Made by a program: the position numbers and the translations under genes. The notes under the pieces were generated by a model. It was not told the DNA's origin and ran no database searches. It saw nothing but the letters and a program-made list of their open reading frames with translations. From positions 54,684,001 to 54,748,000 of the forward strand of contig OZ024743.1 in the NCBI GenBank assembly GCA_964016885.1: a stretch of DNA of 64,000 bases, in the 5' to 3' direction. The stretch's first letter is position 1. The number at the start of each line of letters is the position of its first letter. Shown here in pieces: positions 61,766 to 64,000 of the stretch. The DNA comes from Eledone cirrhosa. Taxonomy: Eukaryota.

Positions 61766-62129
61766 ATTCTCCCTCAAGTCAAATTGTAACATTTTAAAGA
61801 TTAAAAATAAGATATTGGAAAAGTTAATCTGTATTAAAATATAAGTTTGAATGATTTTCAACATTGGTTTGTTTGGCTTGTCTCGACTTGAGATTAAACT
61901 ACACAGAATGTATCTTGCGTATCTAATGTAACTGATTGTGACAACATATAACAAACCTGTCAACTCTCCCACTTTGGGTTGGGCGAGAGATGTCTTTTCT
62001 TGTGAAAATGGGTAGAGCTTCCAATATGTAAAATCTCCCCATTTTGCCTCATTTCTCCCTGTTTCGGGACAGGGTCACTTTTTTTTATGGTACTTCTCCT
62101 TTGAAGTTTTAGAGGTTGGTAGGTCTGAT

Positions 62130-62620
62130 ATAACCAAGAATATAAGTATGTTATCACATGTGACAAGAATGTAATTGATTGTGACAAAACGTAACCAAAA
62201 ATGTAATTGATCCTTGCCACACGTGACCAAAAATATAATTGATTGTAATCACACATAAGTGAAGTGCGTGACTTAGTGGATAGAAAATTGGATTTGCAAT
62301 CGTGAGCTTGCGAGTTCGATTCCCGGACCAGTCGATACGTTATGTCCTTGAGTAAGAGACTTTATTTCCCCTTGCTCTTTCTGCCAAGAGTTGTGACCGC
62401 TAGGCAGTGTCACCAGTGGAATTATTAATGGAAACATTGTTTCATTGGTCCAATTTGACGAGCTCCACTCCACCCCGTAAGTGAATGAGATTTGGGGATC
62501 TTGCGGATCGATTCGATCGATAACCAGTATGTCACTGATTGTGACCACATGTGACAAAGAATGCAACTGTGATAACACGTGACCAAGTAAGTATATGTTT
62601 GTGACCACACACGACCAAGA
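62130..62620. repeat. Degenerate ~31-bp minisatellite interrupted by a family B SINE head (~62260-62415)
   Basis: 'aatgtaattgattgtgaccacacgtgacca'-like units on both sides of 'gcgtgacttagtgg..gagttcgattcccggacc'. Confidence 0.65.
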
Positions 62621-63414
62621 GAGATTCATGCATATTAGTTTTCTACTTCACAGCCAAATTCTGTGTTAGCTTTCTGCAATTTATAAAACACTACACTAAA
62701 GTACACCTAACTTGTGTTAGAGACCTCGTCATATAACTGGGGTGGAGCAGCTGCTGTTTACACAAACATTCTAAAGTGCGTCCAAACAAAAACCATCCAA
62801 TCTCCGCCTCTTTTATTGTAATTATAATGGTTCCTTCTCCTTTGAACTAAAAGGTTATGTGCCAGCACTCAAAGCTTATAGCGTGCAGCCACTTCTAATT
62901 CCCCCACCATCGCTACTGTGGCTAATCTCTATAAGATATTTACTTAGACATTTCTCAATCTTTCCTTTTTACATATAAACATTCGTACCTTCCTAGAAAG
63001 GATAATGTTAGGCACATAGCAAGGAAAATATACGTTTCGCAGTGAATACCATATCAGAGTCTAAGGAACTAACATAAGCAGAGATTGAATATTTGATAAC
63101 AGGAAAAGATCAGCGTCTACACGAAAAGGTTTTACGAAGTGCTCTCCCCTCTATGGCTATAAATTATATAGAAACGATTGTCTATGTGGTGAGATATCTG
63201 ATAACAAAAATATACCAACTGATGCGCGTGATATGTTTCAACAAGAAACAGTGTGGTCTACTGAGTACACCAATTTAACAAACGAAATATCACCCCTCTT
63301 CTTCATACCCTCTCCCCTTCCCCCACCTAAGTATGCAATTTGGTTTCTCGCTCAAAAATTATATCACGTGATACTTGGCGGAAATATCTGCAGCACCAGA
63401 TGAGCAGACACATG

Positions 63415-63520
63415 GCTTTGTGACACATTGTGTAACGCTGAATCTTTGGGGAATGCTCAGCCACTTGCGCATAAATTCCACAAGCAGGCTATTCCATTGA
63501 TCAAACAACTGAAACAGCCA
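63415..63520 (+). mobile_element. SINE family A fragment
   Basis: 'gctgaatct..gctcagccacttgcgcataaattccacaagcaggct' is the reverse complement of the family A body. Confidence 0.6.
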
Positions 63521-64000
63521 TAGTTGAAAACCAGGTGGTCCATTTCCTCTGTACTTAGGATGACCGGAGTCAAACTGACTGGAAATAGTTAAAGAAAAAT
63601 ACGTTAGCTTTTAACTTCTGAAAGCGTTGGTAAAAATGATCTTCAGTCGATTTGAACGTTTAGGGGAAGACGGTGCTGAAGGTCAAACTGCAACACCATT
63701 TACCCACCCAGAGAACCAAATTAGGGAGTCATCACTAAATTATTTCATTGTCTTCTGCACCAAGGTTCGGGTGTTTAATGGCCGAGGAAACCGTTACATG
63801 TTTACAGTTATGGCATTAACACCCAAACATTATTCACTACAACTCAGTATATAAAGACTATCGTGTAATAAATAGGATAGCGTGAGGAAGATTTACTATA
63901 CAGATAGCTAAATGCATTACAACATTTAAAAAAAATAGATACCATGATAACGGGTGTTTTATGATCGATAGATCGATACAGAAGTGTAGGAAATACAATC

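Noticed and set aside
62260-62340. tRNA gene (also the heads at 30808 and 47190-47261)
   Set aside because: A/B boxes are present but there is no cloverleaf, and the sequence continues into a SINE body.

Overview
Eukaryotic, AT-rich, extremely microsatellite-rich intergenic or intronic DNA. The SINE set and repeat landscape resemble an octopus/cephalopod genome (inference from recall, no search run). No host protein-coding exon could be supported; most ORFs in the track are translations of (TA)n/(CA)n/(GA)n/(GAA)n runs. Recognisable coding remnants are all retroelements: a Naiad-type Penelope-like element (PLE; RT + GIY-YIG, 39.2-43.3 kb) with ~970-bp inverted terminal copies, a Neptune-type PLE 3' part (52.2-54.1 kb), two Tx1/L1-clade LINEs each embedded in (TATC)n, and RTE, Vingi/Ingi and CRE-type fragments. 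There are also tRNA-derived SINEs, a Helitron and several MITEs. The main hidden signal is about a dozen type I hammerhead ribozyme (HHR) motifs with intact cores, plus several decayed ones, mostly in non-coding elements inserted in (TA)n. These include (i) a ~420-470-nt non-coding HHR repeat present as permuted, more-than-unit-length copies (retrozyme-like, possibly a circular-RNA retroelement) and (ii) HHRs with a compensatory U3:A8 core (UUGAAAA instead of CUGANGA) in two different PLE lineages. All structures were paired by eye; activity is untested.
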